This document shows positions 46,803 through 56,752 of a stretch of 64,000 nt of DNA, piece by piece (positions within the stretch are counted from its first letter, which is position 1; each line of letters begins with the position of its first letter). The DNA lies in the NCBI GenBank assembly GCA_963705105.1, contig CAVPIW010000004.1:1-64000 (forward strand), read 5' to 3'. A program made the position numbers and the translations under genes. The notes under the pieces are model-generated. The model saw only the letters and a program-made list of their open reading frames with translations. It made no database searches and was not told the DNA's origin. This DNA comes from an uncultured Nitrospiraceae bacterium. GTDB taxonomy: Bacteria; Nitrospirota; Thermodesulfovibrionia; Thermodesulfovibrionales; Dissulfurispiraceae.

Positions 46803-46969
46803 GTTTCGCCTTCCTCCCATAATAACCAGGATACATTAGATATTGGCTGTTTTCAATCGCCTCTGAGTCGATCGTGTTATATGGTAGATCGGAGATCAGA
46901 GACTTGAGGAGTTGACTGAGATCAACGTTGAACCCGAAACCCGTAACTCGCAACTCGTACCCGTACCCC

Positions 46970-49534
46970 TCACTGCTCTTCCGCCATTTTGCGCAGCTCC
47001 TGGAGCTTCTTCAGGGCCTTCTTTGGCGTCAGCGACGCCACGTCGATTCTGAGCAGCTCCTGCGAGATCGGGTCGACGGTGACAAAAAGGTCCATCTGCG
47101 TGTACCGGGGCCGCAACGTCTTCGATCCCCTTTTTTCGAGCGTCTCAAGCACACCTTTTGCCCGGTCGATCACCTCTTCCGGAAGACCTGCAAGCCTCGC
47201 CACCTGGATGCCGTAGCTCTTATCCGCAGGACCCCGCTCGATCTTCCTCAGGAAGATGACCTCGTCGCCCCACTCCTTCACGACGACATTGTAATTCTTA
47301 ATGCCCTCAATCACGCCGCTGAGATCGGTCAGCTCGTGGTAGTGCGTTGCGAAGAGCGTGCGCGCCAACAGCTTCGTCGACAGATACTCGGCGACGGACC
47401 AGGCGATGCTGATCCCGTCATAGGTGCTCGTTCCCCTGCCGACCTCGTCCAGGAGGATGAGGCTCCGCTCCGTGGCGTTGTTGAGAATGTTGGCCGTCTC
47501 GATCATCTCGACCATAAAGGTGCTCTGCCCCTTGCCGATGTAATCAGCGGCGCCGATACGGGTGAAGATGCGGTCCGTGACGCCGATGGTCGCTGTCGCG
47601 GCGGGGATGAAGGACCCGATCTGGGCCATGAGAACGATGACCGCGATCTGACGCATGTATGTCGATTTGCCTGCCATGTTCGGCCCTGTAATCATGAGGA
47701 GCCTGTTGTCGCCGCCGTCAAGGAGGGCGCTGTTCGGAATGAACCGCTCGTCCATCGTGGCAATGCGACGGGTGCTGAGGAGACGTTCGACAACGGGATG
47801 CCTGCCGTCGGTTATCTCGATGAGAGAGCTGTCCGTAACGGCAGGTCTTCCGTAGTCATACCTCCTGGCAACGACGGCAAGGGCCGTCAGGAAGTCGATC
47901 GTCGCCACCTGAGCGGAGGCGTTCAGGAGCGCTTCGGCATGCTTCTGGACCGATTCGAGGATGCCCACAAAGAGCTGGTATTCCAGCTCTTTCAGCCTGT
48001 CCTCGGCGCCGAGGACCTTCGCCTCGTACTCCTTGAGGTCCTGCGTCATGAACCGCTCGCAGTTCGCAAGGGTCTGCTTGCGGATGTAGTCATCGGGGAC
48101 GAGGTGGAGGTTCGGCTTCGTGATCTCGATGTAGTACCCGAAGACCTTGTTGAACCCGACTTTAAGCGACGCGATGCCCGTCCTCTGCTTCTCGTCGGCC
48201 TCCATCCTCGCGATCACATCCTTGCCGCTCGTCGAGACCAGCCTGAGCTCGTCGACGTCCCTGTTGTATCCCTTCCTGATGAGCCCCCCGTCCCGCGCGC
48301 TGAGAGGCGGGTTTTCGACGATGGCGAACGCGATGAGGTCCTCCGCATCGGTGAGGTCCCCGATTGCCGAGCCGATCTCCTGGATGTAGGTATCCCTCGA
48401 CGCAGTCAGCAGCTTCCTGACCTTCGGCAGGTGCAGGATCGACTGCCTGAGGGCGACGACGTCCCGGGGGCTCGCCGTTTTGCTCACGATGCGCGACGTC
48501 AGCCGCTCGATGTCCTGGATCTTCCGCAGCGTTGTCCGCAGCTCCTCCATGAGCTCGTAATCGTCTATGATGACCGCAACGGCGGACTGCCTCTTCAGGA
48601 TGTCCGGCACCGAGACGAGGGGCCGTGAAAGGGCGTTTCTCATCATCCGTCCCCCCATGGGGGTCTGTGTCTCGTCGAGGACCCAGAGCAGAGACCCTTC
48701 GGCCGAGCCGTCCTTCAGGTTGTGAAGGAGCTCCAGGTTTTTCTTCGTTGACGCGTCGAGGAACATGCTCGCCGCCTCGTTAAGCACCGACATCTTCTTG
48801 AAGGTGAGGACCTTCTGCGTCTCCTTCAGGTAGCTCACGAGTGCGCCTGCCGCGGAAACGGCGGCATTCATGCCGCTGCAGCCGTACCCTTCCAGTGACG
48901 ACACCCGGAAGTGGTTCAGGAGCAGCCGGTACGCCTCCGCATAATCGAAATTCCAGTCATCGTAATATGTCACGAACTGACCCCGGAACACCTGCTGGTA
49001 GTGGAGGTTCTCCCGGAGGCTCGCGGGACAGAGGATCTCCCGCGGTTCGAACCTCCCGATCTCGTCATCGAGGGGCCTGCCCGTTTCGTAGACCGTGAAC
49101 TCACCCGTCGACAGGTCCGCCACGGTGATGCCGCAGATGTCCCTCTCAGGGAATATGCCCATGATATATGCGTTTTCCTTGGGCTGATCGGGTGTGTGCG
49201 TCCCCGGCGTGATGACCCTGACGACCTCGCGCTGCACGATCCCCTTGGCAAGCTTGGGATCTTCGGTCTGCTCACAGAGGGCAACTTTGTATCCCGCACG
49301 GATGAGCTTCGTGATGTATCCGTCAACGGAGAAATAGGGCACACCGCACATCGGGACAGGATCGTCCTTGCCCCTGTCTCTCGTCGTGAGGGCGATCTGG
49401 AGCACCTGCGAGGCCTTTTTCGCGTCGTCACCGAACATCTCGTAAAAATCGCCGAGCCTGAAGAGCAGGATCGCATCGCTGTGCTCCTCTTTGATGCTCT
49501 GGTACTGCTTCATCAGGGGTGTCAGTTCAGACAT
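46970..49534 (-). CDS. mutS: DNA mismatch repair protein MutS
   Basis: TPLMKQY, FRLGDFYEMF, TGPNMAGKSTYMRQ, STFMVEM, DEVGRGTST, SYGIQVARLAG. Confidence 0.98.
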   Translation of the reverse strand: MSELTPLMKQYQSIKEEHSDAILLFRLGDFYEMFGDDAKKASQVLQIALTTRDRGKDDPVPMCGVPYFSVDGYITKLIRAGYKVALCEQTEDPKLAKGIVQREVVRVITPGTHTPDQPKENAYIMGIFPERDICGITVADLSTGEFTVYETGRPLDDEIGRFEPREILCPASLRENLHYQQVFRGQFVTYYDDWNFDYAEAYRLLLNHFRVSSLEGYGCSGMNAAVSAAGALVSYLKETQKVLTFKKMSVLNEAASMFLDASTKKNLELLHNLKDGSAEGSLLWVLDETQTPMGGRMMRNALSRPLVSVPDILKRQSAVAVIIDDYELMEELRTTLRKIQDIERLTSRIVSKTASPRDVVALRQSILHLPKVRKLLTASRDTYIQEIGSAIGDLTDAEDLIAFAIVENPPLSARDGGLIRKGYNRDVDELRLVSTSGKDVIARMEADEKQRTGIASLKVGFNKVFGYYIEITKPNLHLVPDDYIRKQTLANCERFMTQDLKEYEAKVLGAEDRLKELEYQLFVGILESVQKHAEALLNASAQVATIDFLTALAVVARRYDYGRPAVTDSSLIEITDGRHPVVERLLSTRRIATMDERFIPNSALLDGGDNRLLMITGPNMAGKSTYMRQIAVIVLMAQIGSFIPAATATIGVTDRIFTRIGAADYIGKGQSTFMVEMIETANILNNATERSLILLDEVGRGTSTYDGISIAWSVAEYLSTKLLARTLFATHYHELTDLSGVIEGIKNYNVVVKEWGDEVIFLRKIERGPADKSYGIQVARLAGLPEEVIDRAKGVLETLEKRGSKTLRPRYTQMDLFVTVDPISQELLRIDVASLTPKKALKKLQELRKMAEEQ

Positions 49535-49664
49535 GAAGACCTCGCACACTGTTTTCTGACGTCACAGGAATCACCATGCAATTATACCTCAATCGCATTT
49601 GCCGGGGAAACGAGCCCTTATAACAAGGCAATTTTCTCACACAAAAATACGACAAATTCAGATT

Positions 49665-49878
49665 AGCCACAGAGAGCACAGAGGTCACAGAGATTCGTTT
49701 CACTGACACTCACACAAACACTTCTTTACGCTCTTTGCGTCTTTGCGCGAGAATAGTCTTTTGCCGTGTTTTGCCGTTCAAAATTCTATGATTTTTTCTC
49801 TGTGCTCTCTGTGTTCTCTGTGGCAGAATGGCCGTTTCTCGCCTTTCTTTACGCTCTTTGCGTCTTTGCGCGAGAATC
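49665..49878. repeat. 9-nt repeat cassette with inverted outer blocks
   Basis: GCCACAGAGAGCACAGAGGTCACAGAG; CTTTACGCTCTTTGCGTCTTTGCGCGAGAAT x2; CTCTGTG block; same layout at 63338-63612. Confidence 0.8.
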
Positions 49879-49967
49879 AGCTTTTTGCATGGTATGATAT
49901 ACTGTTGTGATCCAATGATATCCGAATCGTACAAACCATTCCGAGAACGAGCGGGCAGGAATAATTC

Positions 49968-51386
49968 ATGAACATTCGCGATGAGATCTTCAGGACCTAT
50001 GACATCAGGGGCATCGTCGGTGAGAGCCTCGACCGTGACGCAGCGTACGCCATCGGGGGCGCCTTTGCCGTCTCCGTGAAGCGGGCAAGGCCCAAGGCGC
50101 GCTGCGTGAGCGTCGGGAGGGACGTGAGGCTCAGCTCCGACGAGCTTGCCGGGGCGCTCACAGAGGGCATTCTGTCTCAGGGCCTGGACGCTGTCGACAT
50201 CGGGCGCTGTCCCACGCCGCTCCAGTATTTCTCCCTCTACCGCCTGAACCTCGACGGGGGCGTCATGGTGACAGGCAGCCACAATCCGGCGGAATACAAC
50301 GGGTTCAAGCTCAGCGTCGGCAAGGAGACCCTCTTCGGCGAGGGAATTCAGGATATTCTCCGGACCATCCGGACAGGCATCCCCGCTCCGAGAGGTGCCA
50401 GGGGAAGGCTCCTGACCTACGACATCGTGAGCGCATACAAGGAGGCCCTGCTCAGCGAATTCTCGTCCCTCTGCGGCGGTGACTTCCCGAGGCTGAAGGT
50501 CGTCGTCGACGCGGGCAACGGGACGGCCGGAGAGATCGTCCCTCCCCTCCTGGAGGCCCTGAACTGCGACGTCATCCCCCTCTACTGCGAGCCCGACGGA
50601 CGTTTCCCGAACCATCACCCCGATCCGACGGTCATCGCGAACATACAGGAGCTCATCAGGACAACAAAGGAGCAAAATGCCGATTTCGGTGTCGGCTACG
50701 ACGGCGATGCCGACAGGATCGGCGTCGTCGACCCCAACGGAGACGTCATCTGGGGAGACCAGATCATGGTGATCCTCGCACGGGAGATCCTGAAGGAGAG
50801 GACCGGATGCGTCGTCATCGGCGACGTGAAGTGCTCCCAGTCCATGTTCGACGACATCGGGCGCCAGGGCGGGCGGGCGATCATGTGGAAAACCGGCCAT
50901 TCCCTGGTCAAGCAAAAGATGCGGGAAGAGGCCGCGGTGCTGGCCGGCGAGTTCAGCGGCCACATCTTTATCGCGGACCGGTATTTCGGGTACGACGACG
51001 CCATCTACACGACGCTGCGGATCGTCGAAATCCTCAAGAAAACGGGGTTGTCAATCAATGAACTCCTGAAGGGGCTGCCGAAGATGGTTTTCACGCCGGA
51101 GATCCGCATCGACTGCGAAGAGAGACTAAAGAGGGCCGTCGTCGATCGTGTGGTCAGGCGCATCGGGACGTACCGGGACAGCGGAGAATCGCCCCTGCCC
51201 ATCAGGGACGTGAACACGATCGACGGCATCCGTGTCGTCTTCGAGAAGGGCTGGGGACTGGTGAGGGTAAGCAACACCCAGCCCGTCATCGTCATGAGGG
51301 TGGAGGCTGAGGACGGAGAAAATCTCGACCTGTACCGGTCTTTCCTGGAAAACACACTGAAGGCTGAAATGGAGGCCGCGCAATGA
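49968..51386 (+). CDS. Phosphomannomutase/phosphoglucomutase
   Basis: IFRTYDIRG, TGSHNP, YDGDADR, WKTGHS, GEFSGH, VRVSNT. Confidence 0.95.
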   Translation: MNIRDEIFRTYDIRGIVGESLDRDAAYAIGGAFAVSVKRARPKARCVSVGRDVRLSSDELAGALTEGILSQGLDAVDIGRCPTPLQYFSLYRLNLDGGVMVTGSHNPAEYNGFKLSVGKETLFGEGIQDILRTIRTGIPAPRGARGRLLTYDIVSAYKEALLSEFSSLCGGDFPRLKVVVDAGNGTAGEIVPPLLEALNCDVIPLYCEPDGRFPNHHPDPTVIANIQELIRTTKEQNADFGVGYDGDADRIGVVDPNGDVIWGDQIMVILAREILKERTGCVVIGDVKCSQSMFDDIGRQGGRAIMWKTGHSLVKQKMREEAAVLAGEFSGHIFIADRYFGYDDAIYTTLRIVEILKKTGLSINELLKGLPKMVFTPEIRIDCEERLKRAVVDRVVRRIGTYRDSGESPLPIRDVNTIDGIRVVFEKGWGLVRVSNTQPVIVMRVEAEDGENLDLYRSFLENTLKAEMEAAQ

Positions 51387-52807
51387 AGGCGATCATTCTC
51401 GCCGGGGGAAGCGGGACCCGGCTCTGGCCGCTCTCGAGGAAGAACTACCCGAAACAGTTCCTGAAGCTCAACCCTTGTGCCGATGCAGCCACCTGCGCCT
51501 TCGACAGGGGGTCCCTGATCCAGCAGACCGTGAAGCGGCTCCTGAGGGCGCTCGTTGCCGAGGATATCGTCATCATGACGAACAACGATTACAAGTTTCA
51601 TGTCCTCTCAGATCTCGACGAGGTCTCCGACGTTGTCGCCGGCAACATCATCCTCGAACCATGCCGGCGGAACACGGCCCCTGCCATCGCTCTCGCTCTC
51701 CGCTCCTGCCTCGAGAAATTCCAGTGTCCCGGGAACGAGGTCTTTTTCATCTCTCCCTCGGACCACATCATCGAGCCCGAGGGCTCCTTCGTACAGTATC
51801 TTCGACTGGCCGAAACAGTGGCGCAGGCGGGACATATCGTCACGTTCGGCATCCGGCCGGCCGGTCCCGAGACGGGGTACGGGTATATCAGGACGAGGGA
51901 AGCGGAATCTGAGGGTGCAGGGGAATTCCTCGGCGTCGAGGCCTTCACGGAAAAGCCCGACATCGAAAAGGCCCGGGAATACGTCGCCAGCGGGCGGTAT
52001 TACTGGAATTCGGGCATGTTCGCCTTTACCCTCGACACCTTCGTGGAAGAATTGAAGAAGTATATGCCCTCCATCATGGCGATCTATGACAGGGGATACG
52101 ACGGGATGCTCTCCTCTTTCAGCGAAATGCCCGACATATCGATCGATTACGCGATCATGGAGAAGTCGGACCGCGTCGTCACCATCCCGATGGACATCAC
52201 ATGGAACGACGTCGGCTCCTGGGATTCCATCTACCAGGTGCTGCCGAGGGATGACGCCGGGAACGTCAAGATCGGCGACATCATCGACGTTGACACGAAG
52301 GACTCTCTCATCATGAGCGGCAAGAGGCTCGTCGCCACCATCGGCCTCGAAAACCTCCTCATCGTCGAGACCGACGACGCGCTGCTCATCACGAAACGGG
52401 GCGACGCGCAGAAGGTGAAGCACGTCGTCGACAGGCTCAACGAGAAGAAGAGGTCCGAGGCGAACGAGCACACGACGACCTTCCGGCCCTGGGGAAGCTA
52501 CACGGTGCTCGAAGAGGGGACACGGTACAAGATCAAACGCATCGTCGTCAACAGGGGCGCCAAGCTGAGCCTCCAGTTGCATCATCACCGGAGCGAGCAC
52601 TGGGTCGTCATTAAGGGGACTGCGAAGGTGACCATCGGCGACAAGGAGATCTTCGTCCACGAGAACGAAAGCGTCTACGTGCCCAAGAGCACGCGCCACA
52701 GGCTCGAAAACCCTGGAAAGGTGCCCCTCGAGATCATCGAGGTCCAGAACGGCGAATACGTCGAAGAGGACGACATCGTGCGCGAGGAAGACATCTACGG
52801 ACGATGA
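51383..52807 (+). CDS. manC: Mannose-1-phosphate guanylyltransferase/mannose-6-phosphate isomerase
   Basis: ILAGGSGTRLWPLSR..PKQF, PETGYGYI, WNSG, SIDYAIME, RPWG, HHHRSEHWVV. Confidence 0.96.
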   Translation: MKAIILAGGSGTRLWPLSRKNYPKQFLKLNPCADAATCAFDRGSLIQQTVKRLLRALVAEDIVIMTNNDYKFHVLSDLDEVSDVVAGNIILEPCRRNTAPAIALALRSCLEKFQCPGNEVFFISPSDHIIEPEGSFVQYLRLAETVAQAGHIVTFGIRPAGPETGYGYIRTREAESEGAGEFLGVEAFTEKPDIEKAREYVASGRYYWNSGMFAFTLDTFVEELKKYMPSIMAIYDRGYDGMLSSFSEMPDISIDYAIMEKSDRVVTIPMDITWNDVGSWDSIYQVLPRDDAGNVKIGDIIDVDTKDSLIMSGKRLVATIGLENLLIVETDDALLITKRGDAQKVKHVVDRLNEKKRSEANEHTTTFRPWGSYTVLEEGTRYKIKRIVVNRGAKLSLQLHHHRSEHWVVIKGTAKVTIGDKEIFVHENESVYVPKSTRHRLENPGKVPLEIIEVQNGEYVEEDDIVREEDIYGR

Positions 52808-52814
52808 ACCTCGT

Positions 52815-52995
52815 AGTTGTGGAAAAGGCAGGGTGAAGCGCCTCAAAGCCTTGCTGAAGGCGACGATACTCCTCGTCAGGTTTGTGTTTCAGGATTCCAC
52901 TCTCTGTGTGATCGACCATTGGCTTGAAAGGTTGTCTTCGGTGAAGTTTAAGGTGTCGCCGCATCAAGGTTTTCGGCGCATACACCCTGCCTTTC
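52815..52995 (-). mobile_element. MITE-like element copy
   Basis: Reverse-complement homologue of 39370-39548 and 56563-56743. Confidence 0.65.
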
Positions 52996-53030
52996 GGTTG
53001 GGCGTATTGCAATGATAAGGTCAATATAGC

Positions 53031-54161
53031 GTGATGCGCGTCATCCTCAACAACAGGCCCCTCCTCTTCACAAAGACCGGTGTCGGATACTACGTGTACA
53101 ATCTCTATCACCACCTCCTCCTGTCACCTGACATCGAAATCTCCACCACCATTGACGTCCCGTCATCCCGTGTCATCAGCGCAATGAGCAAGGGCGCCCA
53201 GCACGTCAGAAGGGTCCTCGGCGACGGCCTTCTGAAGATCACCGTCCCCATAGGAGATTTGCTCGTGTCGAGCCGCAGGAAGGATCACGGGCACCTGCCG
53301 CCGGCCGACATTTATCATGAAACGTTCTACGAGGCGATCCCCCCCGTTGCGCGGAAGACCGTCGCGAACATCTACGACCTGTCATTTCTCCTCGTTCCTC
53401 ACCTGCTGCCCGACAGGATCGTCCGGGACTGCCGGGCAAGCCTCGGCGACATCGTCAATGCGCACAGGATCATCGTCAACAGCCGTGCCGTCAGGGACGA
53501 AGTGGTCTCCCTTCTCCGGGTCCCGGAGGACAGGATCGCCGTGATCCCCCTCGCTCCGGCGGCCGGGTACGTACCGGTACAGGATCTGGATAGCATCAGA
53601 AAGACAGCCCGGAGGTTCGTCGACGGCGACTATCTCCTCTTCGTCGGCACCGTCGAGCCGAGAAAGAACCTTGCCGTCCTCCTCAGGGCCTTCAGGGTAT
53701 TGCGGGAGAGGCGGGACGTGAAACTGGTCATCGCCGGCGGAAAGGGGTGGATGTATGCCGACATCCTGAAAATGCCCCGCGAGCTCGGCATTGAACGGGA
53801 CATTGCATTTGCCGGATATGTGAATGAGAAGACCATGCTCCATCTCTATAACGGCGCCATAGCCGTCGTCTACCCCTCGCTTTACGAGGGGTTCGGCCTG
53901 CCCGTCGTCGAAGCGATGGCCTGCGGCAGGCCCCTCGTCGTCTCCGACATCCCACCGCTGCGGGAGGTGGCGGGAGAGGCGGCCCTCTATGTAAGACCCG
54001 ACGATGATGCAGGACTGGCCGATGCCCTCTCAAGGGTCCTCAACTCCGATTCGCTCAGGCGCAGCCTGGGCGAGCAGGGACTGGTCCGTTCGCGCGAATA
54101 CTCCTGGGACAGGGTGGCGGCATTGACAATCGAGGCGTACAGGACTGCCCTGGCGTCATGA
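53031..54161 (+). CDS. Glycosyltransferase family 4
   Basis: VGTVEPRKN, YPSLYEGFGLPVVEAMACG. Confidence 0.93.
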   Translation: MMRVILNNRPLLFTKTGVGYYVYNLYHHLLLSPDIEISTTIDVPSSRVISAMSKGAQHVRRVLGDGLLKITVPIGDLLVSSRRKDHGHLPPADIYHETFYEAIPPVARKTVANIYDLSFLLVPHLLPDRIVRDCRASLGDIVNAHRIIVNSRAVRDEVVSLLRVPEDRIAVIPLAPAAGYVPVQDLDSIRKTARRFVDGDYLLFVGTVEPRKNLAVLLRAFRVLRERRDVKLVIAGGKGWMYADILKMPRELGIERDIAFAGYVNEKTMLHLYNGAIAVVYPSLYEGFGLPVVEAMACGRPLVVSDIPPLREVAGEAALYVRPDDDAGLADALSRVLNSDSLRRSLGEQGLVRSREYSWDRVAALTIEAYRTALAS

Positions 54162-55261
54162 GGGTCGGCATCAACGCCACGTTTCTCAGCGAAAAACCCA
54201 CCGGTGCAGGCATGTTCACCCTCTCGGTGTCGGAGGCCCTAACGCGGAAGAACAGGGATACGGTCATATTCTCTCCCTATCCCTTCGGGTCTTTGCCCGG
54301 CGAGGTCTTCCGCATCGTTCCTCAGTCGGTCCGCGGCTCTCTCCGCCTGTACAGGAACGCCCTGCGTGCCTGTTACATCAACACCGCCCTCCCCCTGCTC
54401 TGCCGCCGCCGGCACAGGGATGTCCTGTACTGCCCCATCGCCGAATTTCCCTTCCTCCCCCTCGTTCCCCTTGTCGTGCACGTCCACGATCTGCACCCCC
54501 TCCGTTTCCCTCAGCAGTTCGGACTTGCATCGACCTATTTCAGGCTCTCCCTGCTCTTCATGCCGCACTGCGCATCGAGGATCACCGTTTCCTCCTCCTT
54601 CGTGAAGCAGGAACTCATGGACGTGACGGGCCTGTCCGGGGACCTCATCGACGTCGCACCCCTCGCCTATGACAGGGATGTATACTTCCCCCGCGGCGGC
54701 GATGAAAGGAGCGGCTTCCTGATGAAATACGGTCTGCCCGAAAAGTACATCCTCTGCGCCGGGAACCTCTTTCCCTACAAAAATGTGCCGACACTCATCG
54801 ATGCATTCCTGAGAATCCGGCATCTGATCGACCACCATCTCGTCGTCGTCGGCAGGCGGGAGTATGCCCGGGACCCGCTGCCCGCGGACGAGCGGATTCA
54901 CTACACGGACTACGTGCCGATCGGGGACATGCCCATGTTTTATTCCTTCGCAGACCTGTTCGTCCACCCGTCAACGAGCGAAGGGTTCGGCATCACCCCC
55001 CTCGAGGCGATGGCCTGCGGTACGCCCGTCGTCTCGTCCAATGCGGCATCCCTGCCGGAGGTGATCGGCGACGGGGGATTGTTGTTCGATCCGGGTGACG
55101 GCGATGCCCTGTCCCGGATCATCGTGAATATCCTGCAGGACAGGGCGTTGCAGCGGGACCTCCGGCAGCGGGGGCTGAAACAGGCCGAAAAGTTTTCGTG
55201 GGAGAAAACGGCGGAACTGATTCTTCAATCTTGTGAGCGGGCGGCCGGGGGGAAAGTGTGA
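54158..55261 (+). CDS. Glycosyltransferase family 4
   Basis: PYKN, EGFGITPLEAMACG, SLPEV. Confidence 0.93.
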   Translation: MRVGINATFLSEKPTGAGMFTLSVSEALTRKNRDTVIFSPYPFGSLPGEVFRIVPQSVRGSLRLYRNALRACYINTALPLLCRRRHRDVLYCPIAEFPFLPLVPLVVHVHDLHPLRFPQQFGLASTYFRLSLLFMPHCASRITVSSSFVKQELMDVTGLSGDLIDVAPLAYDRDVYFPRGGDERSGFLMKYGLPEKYILCAGNLFPYKNVPTLIDAFLRIRHLIDHHLVVVGRREYARDPLPADERIHYTDYVPIGDMPMFYSFADLFVHPSTSEGFGITPLEAMACGTPVVSSNAASLPEVIGDGGLLFDPGDGDALSRIIVNILQDRALQRDLRQRGLKQAEKFSWEKTAELILQSCERAAGGKV

Positions 55262-56385
55262 AGATTCTCCACCTCCTGTACGAAAGCATGGGCGACCCCT
55301 TCGGTTTCGGCGGCGCCGGGGCCCGTGCCTATGAAATATATTCGAGGATCAGGGAACGCCACGACATCACCATTCTCTGCAGGCGCTATCCCGGCGCAAG
55401 GGACAGGGAAATCGCCGGGCTGAGTCACATCTTCGCCGGCAGGGAGAGCAATTCCTTCACCGTGACGCTCCTGTCCTTTGCCTTGGGAGCGAACCGCTTC
55501 GTGAAAGAGCGGGGGAAAACATTCGACGTCATCGTCCAGGAATTCTCACCGGCCGTGCCGACCTTTCTGCACGGCTTCACAGAGAGACCTGTCGTTTTGC
55601 AGATCCAGGGGTACACGGGCCGGCTCTATTTCAGAAAGTACAATCCCGTCTATGCATCGGTGCTCTCTTTTCTCGAATCCGTTATGCCCCGTTTCTACCG
55701 CACCATTATCTTCCTGTCCGGGGAGAACGCGGGGAACTACCGTGTGAGACACGACGCCCGCGTCGCCATCATCCCCAACGGGATCGACGGATCGCTCCTT
55801 GAGACGTCGCCCGTCGAGGACCCCTACATCCTCTACCTCGGCAGAATCGATGTCTATGGGAAAGGTCTCGATCTTCTCATCGACGCTTTCCGGGAGTACG
55901 GGCAATCCTTCCCCGGCACTGAACTGGTCATCGCGGGAGACGGCAGGGACCGCGGACGGTTCGAGGCCCTCGTGGAGCAATTACCCCAACCAATGCGAAC
56001 CAGCACCAGACTCCTCGGGTGGGTGACGGGAGAGGACAAAAGGGAGGCACTCAGGAAGGCGATGTTCGCCGTCTTTCCGTCCCGTCACGAGGTGCAGCCC
56101 CTGGCCCTGCTCGAAGCGATGGCATGCGGCAAGGCCGTCGTCGTGAGCGACATCGCGGGGCATCAGTGCGCAACGGAAAGCGGGGCGGGGACAGCTTTTC
56201 GATCCGGTGACGCCTCATCCCTGGCACGGGCGATGAAGGAGATGACGGAGAGGCAGGACCGGGCGGAGATGGGGAGGAAGGGGCGGGACTATGCCGGGCA
56301 GTTCACCTGGGACGCCATCGCGCGGCAGTACGAGGAATTTCTTCAGTCGGTTGTCAGGGACGCAGGGTCCAAAGGTCCATTCTGA
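55258..56385 (+). CDS. Glycosyltransferase family 4
   Basis: YLGRID..KGLDLLI, PSRHE..LEAMACG. Confidence 0.92.
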   Translation: MKILHLLYESMGDPFGFGGAGARAYEIYSRIRERHDITILCRRYPGARDREIAGLSHIFAGRESNSFTVTLLSFALGANRFVKERGKTFDVIVQEFSPAVPTFLHGFTERPVVLQIQGYTGRLYFRKYNPVYASVLSFLESVMPRFYRTIIFLSGENAGNYRVRHDARVAIIPNGIDGSLLETSPVEDPYILYLGRIDVYGKGLDLLIDAFREYGQSFPGTELVIAGDGRDRGRFEALVEQLPQPMRTSTRLLGWVTGEDKREALRKAMFAVFPSRHEVQPLALLEAMACGKAVVVSDIAGHQCATESGAGTAFRSGDASSLARAMKEMTERQDRAEMGRKGRDYAGQFTWDAIARQYEEFLQSVVRDAGSKGPF

Positions 56386-56395
56386 GCGGGGGTCC

Positions 56396-56517
56396 TCCGG
56401 GAAGGCTGATATGGTTCAAAGCCTTTCCAATGCGATGATGAGACATCTCAAGGTGTTCAGTGCCTGTTGCCTGGCGGGCATTTGCTATCCATAGACAGGG
56501 CAAAGGGTGGTCTGGTG
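56396..56517 (+). repeat. Dispersed repeat, near-identical to 62095-62215
   Basis: CTCCGGGAAGGC.GATATGGTTCAAAGCCTTTCCAATGCGATGATGAGACAT...GGCAAAGGGTGGTCTGGTG in both places. Confidence 0.8.
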
Positions 56518-56562
56518 TTCGTTGACCTCATGTTTTACCTTATCGTTGCAATACACTTCCGG

Positions 56563-56743
56563 GAAAGGCGGGGCGTATGCGCCGAAAACCTTGCTGCGGC
56601 GACACCATAACTCTCACAGAAGACAACCTTTCAAACCAATGGTCGACTACACAAAGAGTGGAATCCTGAAAGACAAACCTGACGAGGCTTATCGTCGCCT
56701 TCAGCAAGGCTTTGAGGCGTTTCGCCACGCCTTTCCATGCAAC
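56563..56743 (+). mobile_element. MITE-like element copy
   Basis: Homologous to 39370-39548; a ~25-bp flank is also shared with the 52815 copy. Confidence 0.65.
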
Positions 56744-56752
56744 TGTGAGGTT

